Translations under genes and position numbers: made by a program | The notes under the pieces: generated by a model | The model's database searches: none | The model's input: only the letters and a program-made list of their open reading frames with translations | What the model was told of the DNA's origin: nothing | Assembly: GCA_043228905.1 (NCBI GenBank) | Contig: JBHGNT010000003.1 | Location: 5,146,001 to 5,210,000, forward strand | Direction of reading: 5' to 3' | Source of the DNA: Azolla caroliniana | Taxonomy: Eukaryota > Plantae > Polypodiophyta | Length of the DNA stretch: 64,000 bases | Shown: piece by piece, positions 37,601-50,398 of the stretch | Numbering within the stretch: the stretch's first letter is position 1 | Layout of the letters: every line of letters begins with the position of its first letter

Positions 37601-39938
37601 GCATCTCAGCCCAATCCTGTGCTGCATAGGCAAGACAAAACATGGAATAAATTAATGAGAAGACCTTCTGTGACATGAAACAATTACCTTCAAGCAAAAG
37701 TTATAGTTTAATTGAAGATTTACAAATTGAAAAAGTGCTTTCTCTATTGGTGAAAAAGTGCTTTTTCGGAAGATCATTAAAATGATTGCGAGATGCTGCA
37801 AGTGCAAGCTAATATATCAGCATATAGTGCATTCTCATGGATCCAATAATCACAGGATGTTAAGCTAGCCTCTCTCTCGTTTTTTGTCTTTCTTTTCTTC
37901 TAACTAATTTACCTAAATTCACTTGGAGAGGCTCAGATATATAGATGTTTTTCATAGTGGATAAATTATGTGCCATTGCATGGAATACGTAAGATTAAAA
38001 GAATTCTAAGTTATCTTGATGTGTTCGATCCTTTCACAATAATGGTATACCATGGATGCGACGAGGAACAAGTAAGGTTAAAAAGAAAATAAAGAAGTTT
38101 AAATACTTCTTATGAGGTATAAATGTGTTTCTTGCAAGAGCTTCCCCAAACTTGGCAAGGTAAGGTCAAAAGAAAATAAACAAGACTTAAAAACTTCCTA
38201 TCAGCTAAGAAGGTGTTTGTTGCAGGAGACTCCCTATCTTGGCAACATACTCGTATAGTAACCTAAGAGTGCTCTCCTCCATATCAACGATCCTAAGCCA
38301 ATTGGTTGAATGGACATTATGAGAGCCTCTGCCTCATCTCAGCATGCCCATTGCATGTTCATGTGTGTGAATGCCAGAAATTAGTTGTCCATTGCACTCA
38401 GGATGTTCAGACAAATACTCAACTTCATCTCAATATGAGTAAAGGCATCATGCCAGAGCTGTGAGTCAAACTTAGAATTACAGCCGGACACAATACATTA
38501 ACTGATATATCTTTCCGTTCTCAAAACCTCAAGGATATCTGAAACAAAAAGCAATGAGCTCCTTGCAGTGCAGAAGTACAATATTTATCAGCAATTATGA
38601 CCATAATGACCAGATGCAAGTTGACATGACACTTCAACTTAGTACTAAAATTGACCTGCGCATCTGTCCCTCCTGCTCCAGCAGATATTGTAACACGAGC
38701 ACCTTCTTTATCATAAGGCCCAGAAAGAAGCTTTGTTGTCTCAAACTGATCAAGTCTCCTATTCATGAATGAAGAAAGATCAGAAGCTTCTTGAATTAAC
38801 CCTAAATCTTCTGTACCCATCTCTTCAAGCAATTCAATTATCAACTGTGCATCATCAGCCTGCACATACATTCAAACCAATAAACGTTTGCCATGTTACA
38901 TAAAACAAATATGTATATATAAAGGATATTTCCTACACAGAAACGATTGTAACCTTAGCCTTAAGATCCCTAAGCTTGGTGATTTTGTCCTTAACCACAG
39001 TTAAGGTAGACAACAGTTTTTGTGCTTTTAAAGGATCATCCCAGAGTGAACTTTCTGCAGCTTGGTTTTCAAGGTCAGCTAAATTTGCTTCATCTTTAGC
39101 TAGTTCAATTGAATTCAATAGCTCGTTGACACGCTCCACTGCCTTCTCTACATCTCTTCTAACTAAATAAAAATCTGCTTAAAAAGAGGCATTCAAATAA
39201 GATATTTAGCTAAGGCTTTCCCATTTATTTATTTATTAGCAGTTCTTAATCCCAACTTAAATTTCTTCTTCTCCTTTTTTCTCCAGCTTCTAGTTGTGTG
39301 TCCATTGCCAAAAACAATAAAAAACGACTTTAAAAAACTCTATATCTAGAAACGAAGCTTGCCTGAAGAAGGCGTATTTTGGTTTCCTTCTGAGAGGGAG
39401 ATTTCAGAGACCTCAGCATCAGCAGCCATTCCACACCTAGTTCGTCTGCTCACACGCAGAATCCCTGTGTTTTTCCTGCCATTCCAAATGTTCGATACAC
39501 CTGCAAGCACAACAAAGCAAAAGGGAGGCAAAATAGAAGGAGAAATGAAAACACGGGACATGCCCTCTTCAATAGATGCATGAATGGAAATCTTAAGAAG
39601 AAAAGACACTACTTTTGTCAATATGAACAAAAAAGAAGAAGAAGATTTTTCTTCCTCCACCACTATTCTTGCTACTTATCATGCCGAGCATTGCAATCGT
39701 ATTCGTAGCTCATTTCTTGAAATGAACACTGTGTGTGGACGCAGAGACTAGAATTCTCTGTTTCTTTACATATTTGCATCCAGGTATTTCAGAAACAAAT
39801 ACAACAGTGTGGGAGGAGGAAGGTGATTTTACCTTGGGTGTGTACTGGAGAGGAGAGACGAGAGGAATAGAAGGAGGAGGAGGAGGAGGAGGCAGAGAAG
39901 AAGCGATTGCTGGAGGAGAGAGCAACGAGCGGCTCCAT
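34654..39938 (-). CDS. prfB: Plastid peptide chain release factor 2 (PrfB1/HCF109-like); exons 39938-39833, 39500-39363, 39174-38954, 38859-38656, 37616-37401, 37308-37122, 34961-34654
   Basis: Ser-rich transit peptide, [25 protein letters not shown] (RF2 SPF motif), [16 protein letters not shown] (GGQ), [18 protein letters not shown]. Intron 2 has a GC donor. Confidence 0.96.
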
Positions 39939-40094
39939 GGCTCTGTGTATGAGCAGGAGCAGACCACAGAAGTAACAAAAACAAACATAAAATCCTCCTC
40001 CCCTGTTTCTCTCCTCTGTTTCTCTGTGTATTTGTGTCCAAGTTTTGTTTAACTCACAAAAAAAACTACCCTTCCAAAAATATAAGGTAGGGGA

Positions 40095-40445
40095 AGGAGG
40101 AGGGGTATTGTTGCAATTTCTTAATAAGTGAAGGAAGGGTATTGTTGCAATTTCTTAATAAGTGAAGGAAGGGTATTGTTGCAATTTCTTAATAAGTGAA
40201 GGAAGGGTATTGTTGCAATTTCTTAATAAGTGAAGGAAGGGTATTGTTGCAATTTCTTAATAAGTGAAGGAAGGGTATTGTTGCAATTTCTTAATAAGTA
40301 AAGGAGGGGTATTGTTGCAATTTCTTAATAAGTGAAGGAAGGGTATTGTTGAAATTTGTTAATAAGTGAAAGAGGGGTACTTCTGCAATTTGTTGATAAG
40401 TGAAGGAGGGGTATTGTTGCAATTTGTTACTAAGTGAGGAGGGGG
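40095..40445. repeat. Minisatellite, 34-bp unit x~10, immediately upstream of prfB
   Basis: gggtattgttgcaatttcttaataagtgaaggaa at a 34-bp period from 40103; distal copies diverge. Confidence 0.95.
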
Positions 40446-40962
40446 GTCTTCTTCTCTCTCACACACGCACAAACTGAGACTCATGCTCGCAAATGATCAT
40501 CATCCTCTTCTTCTCTGTCAATCTGTCTTCGGAGCAACACATATTTTCGTCATCCTCTATCAATCTTTCTTTTAACTTGCCAACTTGCCTCTAAAAATAT
40601 AGGGGTAATTCTTGTAGTTTGTCAATACAATGGGGCTATTCTTGTGATTTGTAAATAAGCGGGGTTCTTTGATGTAACGCACACACACACAAACCAATAT
40701 GTAAATATTGGATTGCAACGTTAATATGATTGCCATCTTCCTCCTTCTCATCCTTCTCTTTATCTGGCCCCTTATGTTTGTTTCAAGTTAGCAAGCTCAC
40801 CCCTTCCGAATCCAACCTAGATGATCCCACCACATTAAGACCCTTTCAACGTTGCATGGAAGCCATGACTTTACGTTCGACTGACACTGGAAAGACTACT
40901 CCTGGTAAAAGTAATATGATGATTACAAATATTTTAGTTAGGAGACGAAGGATATACGACTA

Positions 40963-41510
40963 TGTTATCCGTGGGACAAACAAGTAATTATAATGTGAAA
41001 CGAATCTAAAATACAAGTAGGTAAAGTAGGTAAACAAAGACAATCGAGAAGGAGGAAGGTAACGAAATACGTGCATCCAAGAATATCAGCCGAATGGACT
41101 GAAGCACGCCGAGTGAAAGAAAAAGCTATAAAACGAGGAGCGAAGGGAAAAAGAAGGACACCGCATATTAGAGAGAAGGAAAACCCTGTGTAGTTCGAAT
41201 CCCTATAGTCTGTCCCAGGGTACTGACAAAACCTTATTGTAATTTCGGTCGCAAGCCGTGTAACTCTGTTATCCGATCTAAGTAATATATATTTGTTCGT
41301 GGGCCAATTCTATACCAAGTGTCTTATTGCATTTTTGTATCTTCTATCTTTAGTGAAGTCTATTTTACACGGTCGTCTGAGGCCGACACTTTTTTCGGAA
41401 ATCGGATTGTCGTGCAATCCCTCGATACTGACCACCACCACATACCATAACCCCTTGACCCGATTACCTTGGAAGTAATCGAAGGTGTTACCTCCGAGAG
41501 GGAGACAACA
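40963..41510 (+). mobile_element. Probable solo LTR (~548 bp)
   Basis: TGTT...AACA termini, flanks gacta/gactt (4 of 5 TSD match), internal gctataaaa. Confidence 0.6.
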
Positions 41511-42318
41511 GACTTCGTTTTGTCAACTAAGATAGGTTTCAAGAAAATGTCTTCAAAGCAGCATTAGAGGGACTTGCGTTGGCTTTCTTGCAGCCAACAC
41601 AATGTCTACTCTTGATATTTATAATAGTTCCCTAGAATAGGCCTCTCTCCAAGTCCATACATGTCTATTGCCAGGGTTCTTCCTCGTCCATAATACTCTG
41701 CAAACATTCCAGATCTCGAGGATGTTGGAGTAGAACAAGCGACATATAATTCAAAAGAACCATAGGTATCAGTATCGATGCCATACATGGTACTATTATG
41801 TATGTATGTATGTTAGGATACGCATCAAATTAAAATGACGTAGCTTCGCCACTATCTAGTTGGACTTCCATTGAAACATTACCAAATTAGATTTTCCACA
41901 CTTATTTCTTTCAGAACTGCTAGCCAAGTCAAACCTTGGGCCTATCTCTATAGGTTGGTTTTTCAGATCCCATCAATCCAGGCTCAGTAGATATTGGATC
42001 TTGCTCAATAGATCATATCTTTGGTATCTCACTGCCTGTGGTTCATCGCTGAAGGCGTTTGTTTAACTGTCTGTGCGGGGTCCATCGCTTCGCCTAGTCC
42101 TTGTACATGGTAGCACTTGGTTGCACTCATTCCTTCTTCACATTGCTTAATGCATGCAACAAGTATCCATTCCGTAAAGGCAACATTTCTCCAAGAAAGA
42201 AGAGCGAGGTATGCGGCATTGCCAATGAAAGGCGACGATGCCTTCCAAGCCAAGTGAGAAGAATGACTCATTCAAGAATGCTATGAATGAGAAATGCTTT
42301 GAATGCCGCCTTAGGATC

Positions 42319-42389
42319 CTAGAGTAAAAGGATTTGAACCTCTGCATGTGGTATCAAAAACCAATGCCTTACCGCTTGGCTATACTCCA
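42319..42389 (-). tRNA. trnQ: Mitochondrial-type tRNA-Gln(UUG) pseudogene (NUMT)
   Basis: Minus strand tggagtatagccaagcggtaaggcattggtttttgatacc..ggttcaaatccttttactctag matches plant mt trnQ from memory, with decay in stems and T-loop. Confidence 0.85.
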
Positions 42390-42477
42390 TATAGTGGTTG
42401 AGAACCAACGGAAATTGCTTACCTTGTTGCGCATCAAAGTAGTGAAAGACTGGTGAGTTAGGTAAGGCAAGTAAATA

Positions 42478-42550
42478 TGCTTTAGTAGGGTTTGAACCTA
42501 CAATATTATTGTTATGAGCGCTACGTTTCAACCAATTAAACTATAAGCCC
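42478..42550 (-). tRNA. trnI: Mitochondrial-type tRNA-Ile(CAU) pseudogene (NUMT)
   Basis: Minus strand gggcttatagtttaattggttgaaacgtagcgctcataac..gtaggttcaaaccctactaa matches plant mt lysidine-type trnI(CAU) from memory. Confidence 0.85.
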
Positions 42551-43189
42551 ACTATTGGTTGGTTGGCTAGATGTTAGCTCTCTCAACTAATGGAGTCGAT
42601 GGATTTGTTGAGGGCAAAGCAGCCATATTTTTCTCCTTGAAAGCTTAAGGACATAAACTTTTCAAATAGCTACGCCTGGTTCTAGACCGGTTGATGTGGA
42701 TATAGAAGAGCAGGATGTGTTACCCATCGTGGATAGCATAGTTTGAGCAATATTGAACTCAAAGGTATGGCTGAAGTGTAATCGTTTTGTTGGCAGACAA
42801 ATAGGCGACATATTCCTAGGGGGTTCTTTACCGATGCAACACGCACGAAAAAATCGACTCGACTTTTCTTCGATGATTTAGACAAAGATTTCACCACCTA
42901 CCACAAGTGGAATGGCAAAGTTCTATTAGGACACCCAGTGGCAAGACAACCGTGAAAGGAAAGACAAGGCCAAAGGAAGAAGGCCTGAATATTCATGGAT
43001 TATTATTCGATAATCTTTACTGGGGCTCAGATTGCAGAAATAATTGAATATTGGAATTACAAAATTCCGTTGATAAAATTCAGAAGGATCATGCAAGAAG
43101 GCAATATCATCTTCCGGCCATAATCTGCAAATCCAGCAAAGCAAAGCAAAGCAACACTTAGGGTCTTTTGATGTAGCACAAAACGTACA

Positions 43190-43660
43190 CATAAGGACTT
43201 GACGTCATCCTCACCTTCCCCCATAGTAGAGCTATGGGCAGTCTCTTGTCAATGCAACATCAACACAAAGGGAGTGTCATCAATCCTAGCTAGCTGCTAA
43301 CTGAACACAAATTCATGGGCAAGTACCAATGAAGTGGCTCACTTACCACCAGCTCGCTTGTCACAAACTCAAGTTTGTCAGAAGCCAACCCATGTTCTAT
43401 TTTCCTACTTGCCAAGCGTGAATGATGACATTGATCCTCTAGGAGCAACATATCTTAACAACACAAAATGAGGGTTTCACTCATTGTAGGAGTTAACCAA
43501 AAACGTCTCATGACATTAGCTGGCGACAGCCATGCAACACTCGTATGAATTTTCGTTTCATCCCGTTAAGGACAAGCACACCGGTTCATATGTCAAGTGT
43601 TCATACGTCAAGGGCTAATAAGGTATCGTGTCGTATTGAATTAACCTTGCAACGCACAAC
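43190..43660 (-). rRNA. rrn18: Decayed mitochondrial SSU rRNA (rrn18) fragment with V7 expansion
   Basis: Reverse complements of SSU hallmarks: gacttgacgtcatcc.caccttcc, gagggttt..ctc.tt..agga.ttaacc, gctggcgacagccatgca.cac, gaattaa. A ~200-bp insert between them fits the land-plant mt V7 expansion. Confidence 0.8.
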
Positions 43661-45202
43661 ATGTCTCTCCTCTCAACAATATCCTTTGCCTACCCCCTAC
43701 CCCACACACAACACAAAATATATCACAGTGTCGCAACCAACATGATAATAAAAATGGAAATCTAATAGTTTATATGCGTCGGCATATCGTGTCATTAACC
43801 TAATGCTAAAAGAATGTTCACAACGTGACTTGTAAGCATAGTCTTCTTATAGGTGGCATCTTTGGTATAAAGAGGTGCAAGGTGTCATACATTCATGGCC
43901 TTGCATACTTGGTTATATATAAAGAGGGTTCCCACCCTAATTGTCCTCGAGGAGTTCAACTCCAATCTTGTCTTCCTCTTCATGTTTGTGTTTCCATCTT
44001 TCTCGCATTCCCACTCGTTTGCTCATTGAACGTCGTCTTGCATCAAGGACTCCATGCTAAATTTAAGCATTTCTCTTATCAACAATTTAACTCAACAATA
44101 TTGTATGTCTACCTAATTATCTACTTAATTATTGATGCATTGCTTTTAATTTTGATTTGTCATGATATCATCCTCTTGTGTGTCCCCTAATATTGTTTAA
44201 ATCACTAAGCTACCCCTTTAACTGTAGGGGTATTCTCTTGATTTGTTTGAATGTTAGGGGTCTTTTGATGTAACACATGAATATCACATCGCAATATTGA
44301 ATTCATAAATATTATTTGTGCACAACTTGAGTAATATATCATGATACAAATGTATGGCCATCCTAATTATTCACCCAACTAATGATGACTTGTGATTAAG
44401 TTATGAGTTGTTACAACTTTCTTGCTTTTTGGGGGATGTAGAAAAGTTGAAATTTGGATGTTGCAACTAAATTTAATTCCAGACTTGAGTTAGACATTTG
44501 TGGAATAAGAATCTATTGATCATTTCCCATTTGAAGTTATGGTATATGATAAGAAGTTATGATCAAAATAGGCGAGTAGCTCTTTGAAGTAAAAACACAT
44601 GTCGATTGCATTTTGCAAAGGTTATGGTCAAAATAAGCAAGTAGCTCTTTGAAGTAAAGACACATGTCAATTGTATTTTGCAAAAGTTAATTTTGTTTAC
44701 TATTTGGCCTTGAAGAAACAAAAGTATGATTGACTACAAAGAGAACTAAAAGAGGGCTTTTAGGATGAGAATTTAGAGTTGTTGAAAGAAGTTTTTGAGG
44801 GAATAATTTGAAGATAGGTTTTGATGGTGAACATAAGAAAGATATATTATTTTGACATTTGGCCTAGAAGAAACTAAAATAGGATTGACTAGAAAGAGAA
44901 CTAAAAGAGAGCTTTTAGGACGAGAATTTAGAGTTGTTGAAAGAAGTTTTTGAGGGAATCATTTGAATATGAACATAAGAAAGATATATTATTTTGACAC
45001 GATAATAGATTGTGGTTGTGGAATCATTCAAAGCCACTTGAAGTTGTGAAGTTGTATTGACATTAAAGGCCTCTTGTAATGTACCAAAGTCAGAACGGGA
45101 GACAATCTCTACCAAAAGGTGTATTGAAGATTGTAATTACATTTCATCATCTTTTCCATGATTATAATCATTTGCAAATTACAATAGGTGTCATGATTAA
45201 CA

Positions 45203-45275
45203 AGTCATGTGGAGATTTGAACCCATGAACTTGTGGAACATAAGCTTAACTCAATCAATTAAGCTATTCATGCTC
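45203..45275 (-). mobile_element. tRNA-derived SINE-like remnant
   Basis: Minus strand has box A-like tagcttaattg and box B-like ggttcaaatc; no intact cloverleaf. Confidence 0.35.
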
Positions 45276-45847
45276 AAATCTATTTACATATTAATAACAA
45301 AGACATAGCTTGAGTAATTCAACAATCGTATAAGCATTATGGTCCCGACTCCCACATCAATCTTCAACTCTCGAGTTGTATCTAGTTGCGATTTTGTGAT
45401 CTATTATTAATAAACTTGCTCTATCTACATTACCTTGTTCGACTCTTGAACTCTTTGAGTCTACCTCGTTCCTTCTTCGTTTTTCTTTTTCTTTTTCAAT
45501 TTTACCAAATTGAACAATAATTTTGCCTCCTATATCCATGGCTTTTATTCCCCAACAAGAACACTTATTCATCCTTCGGGCTTGATTGATTAAAAAAACA
45601 AGTTCATAGCACAGACAAGATAATCAATGTTTCCTAAGGAATCTACAACAAGTCTCAATGGAGAGGTGAAAACAACATGAATTGAAAAAATAGGTAGAAT
45701 ATTTGGAATTAGCATTGATAAATGTGCAACAAGGAGTACGATGGTAAGTTTGTGGAAAGGAGCCAAATATTAGTCTTCATGTGAAGTTTGATGACACACA
45801 CTCACAACATGGTAACACTGATAATCTTGTCATTGCACCTAAACTGA

Positions 45848-47050
45848 TGTTAGAACTTAAGATTGACAAACGATGCTTGACATATAAGGATTACACTATT
45901 GTTGTCGCAACCGAAGTCATAGCTACATAATTGAATAAGGAAGCACAAACAACCTATGGGAAACCTAATCTCATTCTCACATTTTAATTTCATATGCGGA
46001 CTCTTGTTATCATTATCTCAACAAATTCATACTTTCAAAAAACATCTCTTGGTTTCATGCAGATAGTTGGAACATAGGTAAGTCTAACAATAATATAAAT
46101 ACATTAGGTCAAGGGGGGATGCTAAGTATCCGTTATACATATTGTCACTGATTTTACGGTCGGAGTAGACACTAAAGGTTCCTTGTAGGATATAGAAATC
46201 CTAATATTGTAATGTGGTATAAAGGTATTATCTATAAACCTTTATACCCAGCCAAGTGTGAAAGGGACATAAATACAATATAGTTAAATAATGAAGAACT
46301 ATAAAGGCGAAACTATAACCCCATTGTAAGTGTTTTCACTTGTTCGATACTTTCATAGAACTAAAGCTTAAACCACACTCTCCCCTTAATCATTTCATTA
46401 AGCATAAGCATAAACCTAATCCTTAAAGTTTGTAACTACATCGCGTATATTATGGAATCTAGATTGTGTTGACTATTTATTGTCTCTTTGCTATTCTATC
46501 AAATGGAAATGTGGTGAAGTCTCTTCATTATTAAGTGATAAGGTCAAGTATTGTGTAAGTGCTTAAGTCATAGATCGAGGTTAGAGTTTACTTTGGAAGT
46601 TAGCTATGGGTTAGTGGCTCCATAGTGATTGATAATGCTTTTGCCTTACTTCACCAACCAAAAAGGTAGATGTTGGTTATTTTCCCGCACACCAACCTCA
46701 AGTTGGTTTGAAAAAAGAAAAGTCAAATAAGATGTAATGCTCGATAATAACACTAAAAGTCTAGACAAAGGCACCAACTAATATAATTAGTCATTGAGTG
46801 ACAACTTCCTTACCTTCAACATGTTGTGTGTGACTTTTTTATAAATATTGGATAGAAATATCTTTATGCAGGAAGCCAACACATTGTTTTTACACAACAT
46901 GCCTATTTTCTCATGAGATGTTACCACAATTCTTGATATGGTTTGAGCAACCATTGCACCACCTTCCAACCCAACTACAATAAGTAGGTTTGAAAATAAT
47001 ATTGAAATCAACAAATCTTTTAGTGTTTTTTTTCATGGTTTTGTCAATGA
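45848..47050 (-). mobile_element. Highly decayed copia remnant (LTR plus pol debris)
   Basis: Minus-strand PPT taaggggagag followed by TGTGG at ~46378. EKIGMLCKNNVL resembles the copia RT N-terminal E...L.KN.VW. Confidence 0.4.
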
Positions 47051-50000
47051 TTAGGCTCTTTGATATAAAGGGCATAATATTATTTGATTGGCAACGATCA
47101 ACATATGTTTGATTTCTTTTTTAGTAAGGTACAAGAGTCAATTTTAGTAATAAAAATTTAGAGGATGATATACGATATAGGAATATGTTATATGGAGGGT
47201 TATTAAAGAGCCCAATATTTATTAGTCTATAATATCTAAAGAGAGTGAGTAATTGAGGCACATATGACACATTCTCTATTCGTTGCGCATAAACTACCCA
47301 AAATCAAATAGCGAGAAGTTTAATGTTCATCAAGAAGAGTTATTACAAGTGACATGTCTTAAAATATTGACGCAAGTTGTCTCAAGTTCGAGTTTCATTA
47401 CATTTTTGAGGCAATACATTTGAAGTTCGAGGCTCATTACATCTTCAAAGTAAAGTCTAATAAAACAAGATGGGAAGATAAAAACTTGTGATGCATTCAA
47501 CAAGATGAAGGATACAATTGCTAATTATATTAATGAAAAAGTATATTACATCTTGGAAGTAATATTCAAAGAAAAGTATGATAAAATAAGGTCGGAAGTT
47601 AAAAGTTTGTGAGGCATACAACAAGATGAAGGATACAAAAGCTTATTGTATTAAGAAAAAACTATATTACAATTTACAATCTTGGATACTTTCGATACAA
47701 TTCAAGCGGTATTTAAACCCATTGAAACAAAACCAATGTGGTTGTATCATCGCATTGAGGTAGTTTAAAGCGTTTACCATTTTGTTGAAAAGTAAGCACC
47801 ACGAACCATTGAGTCCCTCTCTCTTTTTCTTGTAAGTAATCTTCTCTTAGTTGAGAGAGAGCACCGCGCATTATTTTGGAGAATGCATTATTTCTTTTAG
47901 TTTATGGGTGTTATTGAGAGAGCTTCTTCTTCTTTTCTTTCTTGAGTTTTAGGGCTTCATGTGTATGGTGTAAGAGAGGATAGTGGGGGTTCACCCATTC
48001 TTCTTCGAATTCTTACTTGAGCTACTTGTTGGGGTTCTTCTTGCTCAAAGAGTCATAAATGTCAAAAAAAGGTGGGACCTTGAAGAGGATGAGAATGCGA
48101 AAGAGGGTGCAGAAAACCACAACAATAAAAGGCTTGATTGCCATTGTTTGTGAGCTTGGGCGACCAAAACCCAAAGTTCTACCTCTTAACTTATAGTTCC
48201 TATTTCTTTGTATTCGTTTCCTACATTTACCATTTGTAATCACTTGTTGCAACGACTATTTTGAAAAGGGAATAGCTTTGTAAACAAGTTAGTGGGGCTT
48301 GCCTCAATCTAAGAATTTGTCGTGTTAAGTGACAAGCATGAGTAATCAATCTTAACCCATGTAAGATTGGATAGGGGGAATAATAAGTGCATGCAAAATC
48401 ATGAGCTTGAGAACCAATGAATGCTAAATCTTTTTAAAAAGCCACGTATATTCAATGGGTATGGGAAGATGTATAAATATAAGGCCTAACTTCATTACAT
48501 CGAAAGGCATGAGTAGTGCAAGGTAGACTTATGTCACGACAATCGTGTTACCTCTTCCAAGGTATTAGTCGTCCTAATACTAGTTGGTATGGGAAGTCAG
48601 ACATAGGTTAGCTATGTCTTGATCATAGTTTGGAGGTGGTCAAGAAGACCGGGTCCATCTATCCAATCTATTTACATTTTTTTACTTTAAATTTAGTCTA
48701 TTGATTAGTAAGAGATTCTTAACATCCAATCCTTTGTCCCCACCTTTGATGTGTACTCCCAACAACCCCACCAATTCCTTTTGTCATTCCTAATGACCAT
48801 GGGGTAATGCAAGTAAGGCAACCATTGAATCCTCACATCATGCACCCCCATATTGAGTTTATCCTCCCTCTCATAGTCGATGGATGATTCATCATAATTA
48901 TCCACGATAGGACCGCATCATGATTGGTTGACCTACTTATGCAAGCCAAACCTTGGACAAGCGTGGAGGAAACAAAATGAGAGAAGACAAATGTCAAAAG
49001 CATCCAATGACATGCTCAAACTCTTTGAAGTTGATATTTGAAAAGTCAATATCCTCCCACCACTTGACCCACTACCTCCACTTGGCACCCCCCAAAACTA
49101 ACCACTTAAGCTTAGTTAGCCCTCCCTTCACCACAAAGAAGAGGCCAAAAAGGGTATCAAGCTCTCAACCTTTCTCTTTAACAAAGGGCAATTCTTATGA
49201 TCTAGACTAATCTTTGTTGTTTTGTTATACTTTGTTGTCTAGTCTTTCGCTGTGTTTGATTCATAAAACTTTACTTTGTCATAAAATCTCCTGATATGCA
49301 CAAGACATGAGGATATCAATATTCTACCATCTAAGCTTTATCCCCTATGTTTGGGCCTAGCCAACCAAAGCATGCTTGAACTAATTAGATGTTTATCCTA
49401 ATTCCTCTCGATGCATATGGTTTCAAGGAGATCGAACCCACGAAAAAGGACACTAAAGGAATTTATAATTTTGAACACTTTTGAGAAGTTGGATGCCTCT
49501 ATTATGTATTTGAAGAGTGTTGAAAGACAAGCTCAACATGAGCCAAATCGGCTAAAGGCTGGTTAGGCTAGATCGACCAGGAACTGACAGGTTGTTAGGG
49601 CCTATATTCCTATTCTTATATGAATATTATAGGCAATTAGTGTCAAATGCTCATTTATGAGCATTCAAGTACTTGTGTCAACCCACTGTCACGGCTTGTA
49701 TAAAAGTGTGCACTGAGCACATTGTATGTACAAAGCGTTATCATTTTGAATTGAGTTTTGTTGTATGCTCTTTTTGTCTCTCTCTTACATACTGTGTGCC
49801 CCATTCTCAGTGTTTTACCTGTATACTGCTGTTTGGCTGAGCCGGTTGTGTATGTTATCTTTACTAACTTCCACACACGTAAACTTTTACAAAGAGTCTC
49901 TCTAAGTGGTAACTTACATGATCAGCTCCGGAGGAGGGCAAGCCATATGTGCTTTTGGGCTGTATCTTTGTCCGGACAAGTGTGAACGCAGCCATAAGAT

Positions 50001-50398
50001 CTCCATCAGAGGGAGCGGACATGGCGGGCTAGGGCACAGTGATAGAAATCGTGGGTAACTTTGATCAGTGGCTTCTGACATCTGTGCCATCGCCATTATC
50101 TGCTGTTAACAAAATTAGGGTTAGGGTTAGTGTTGGGGTTTGCGCTGTTCATGTCTCTCGTATCCTTAAGTGCCGTGACAGAGAATCTCTTTTCTGCATG
50201 CTAAGGTATAACATTGTGCTGGGACCATATTTATGCACGGGCATTTTTCTATCCTTTCCCTGCGTTGTTTCTGTTGTTGAGAATTTGTTCATCTGATGGA
50301 TTTTGCAGTCAGAGTTTGCCTTCTTGAGGTAGCACCTGCAACAGATAGGCTCAATGAAATAGTGCATTGCGTAAACGCACATACATACGCACTAGAGA

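Noticed and set aside
34654-39938. Bacterial prfB or programmed frameshift, i.e. contamination or recent HGT
   Set aside because: Has spliceosomal introns and a transit peptide, and the spliced frame is continuous; a normal nuclear-encoded plastid RF2.
40095-40445. 34-bp repeats as CRISPR
   Set aside because: Head-to-tail copies with no spacers; a minisatellite.
50115-50131. TTAGGG repeats as interstitial telomere
   Set aside because: Fewer than three copies; telo-box-like motifs are common near plant gene 5' ends.
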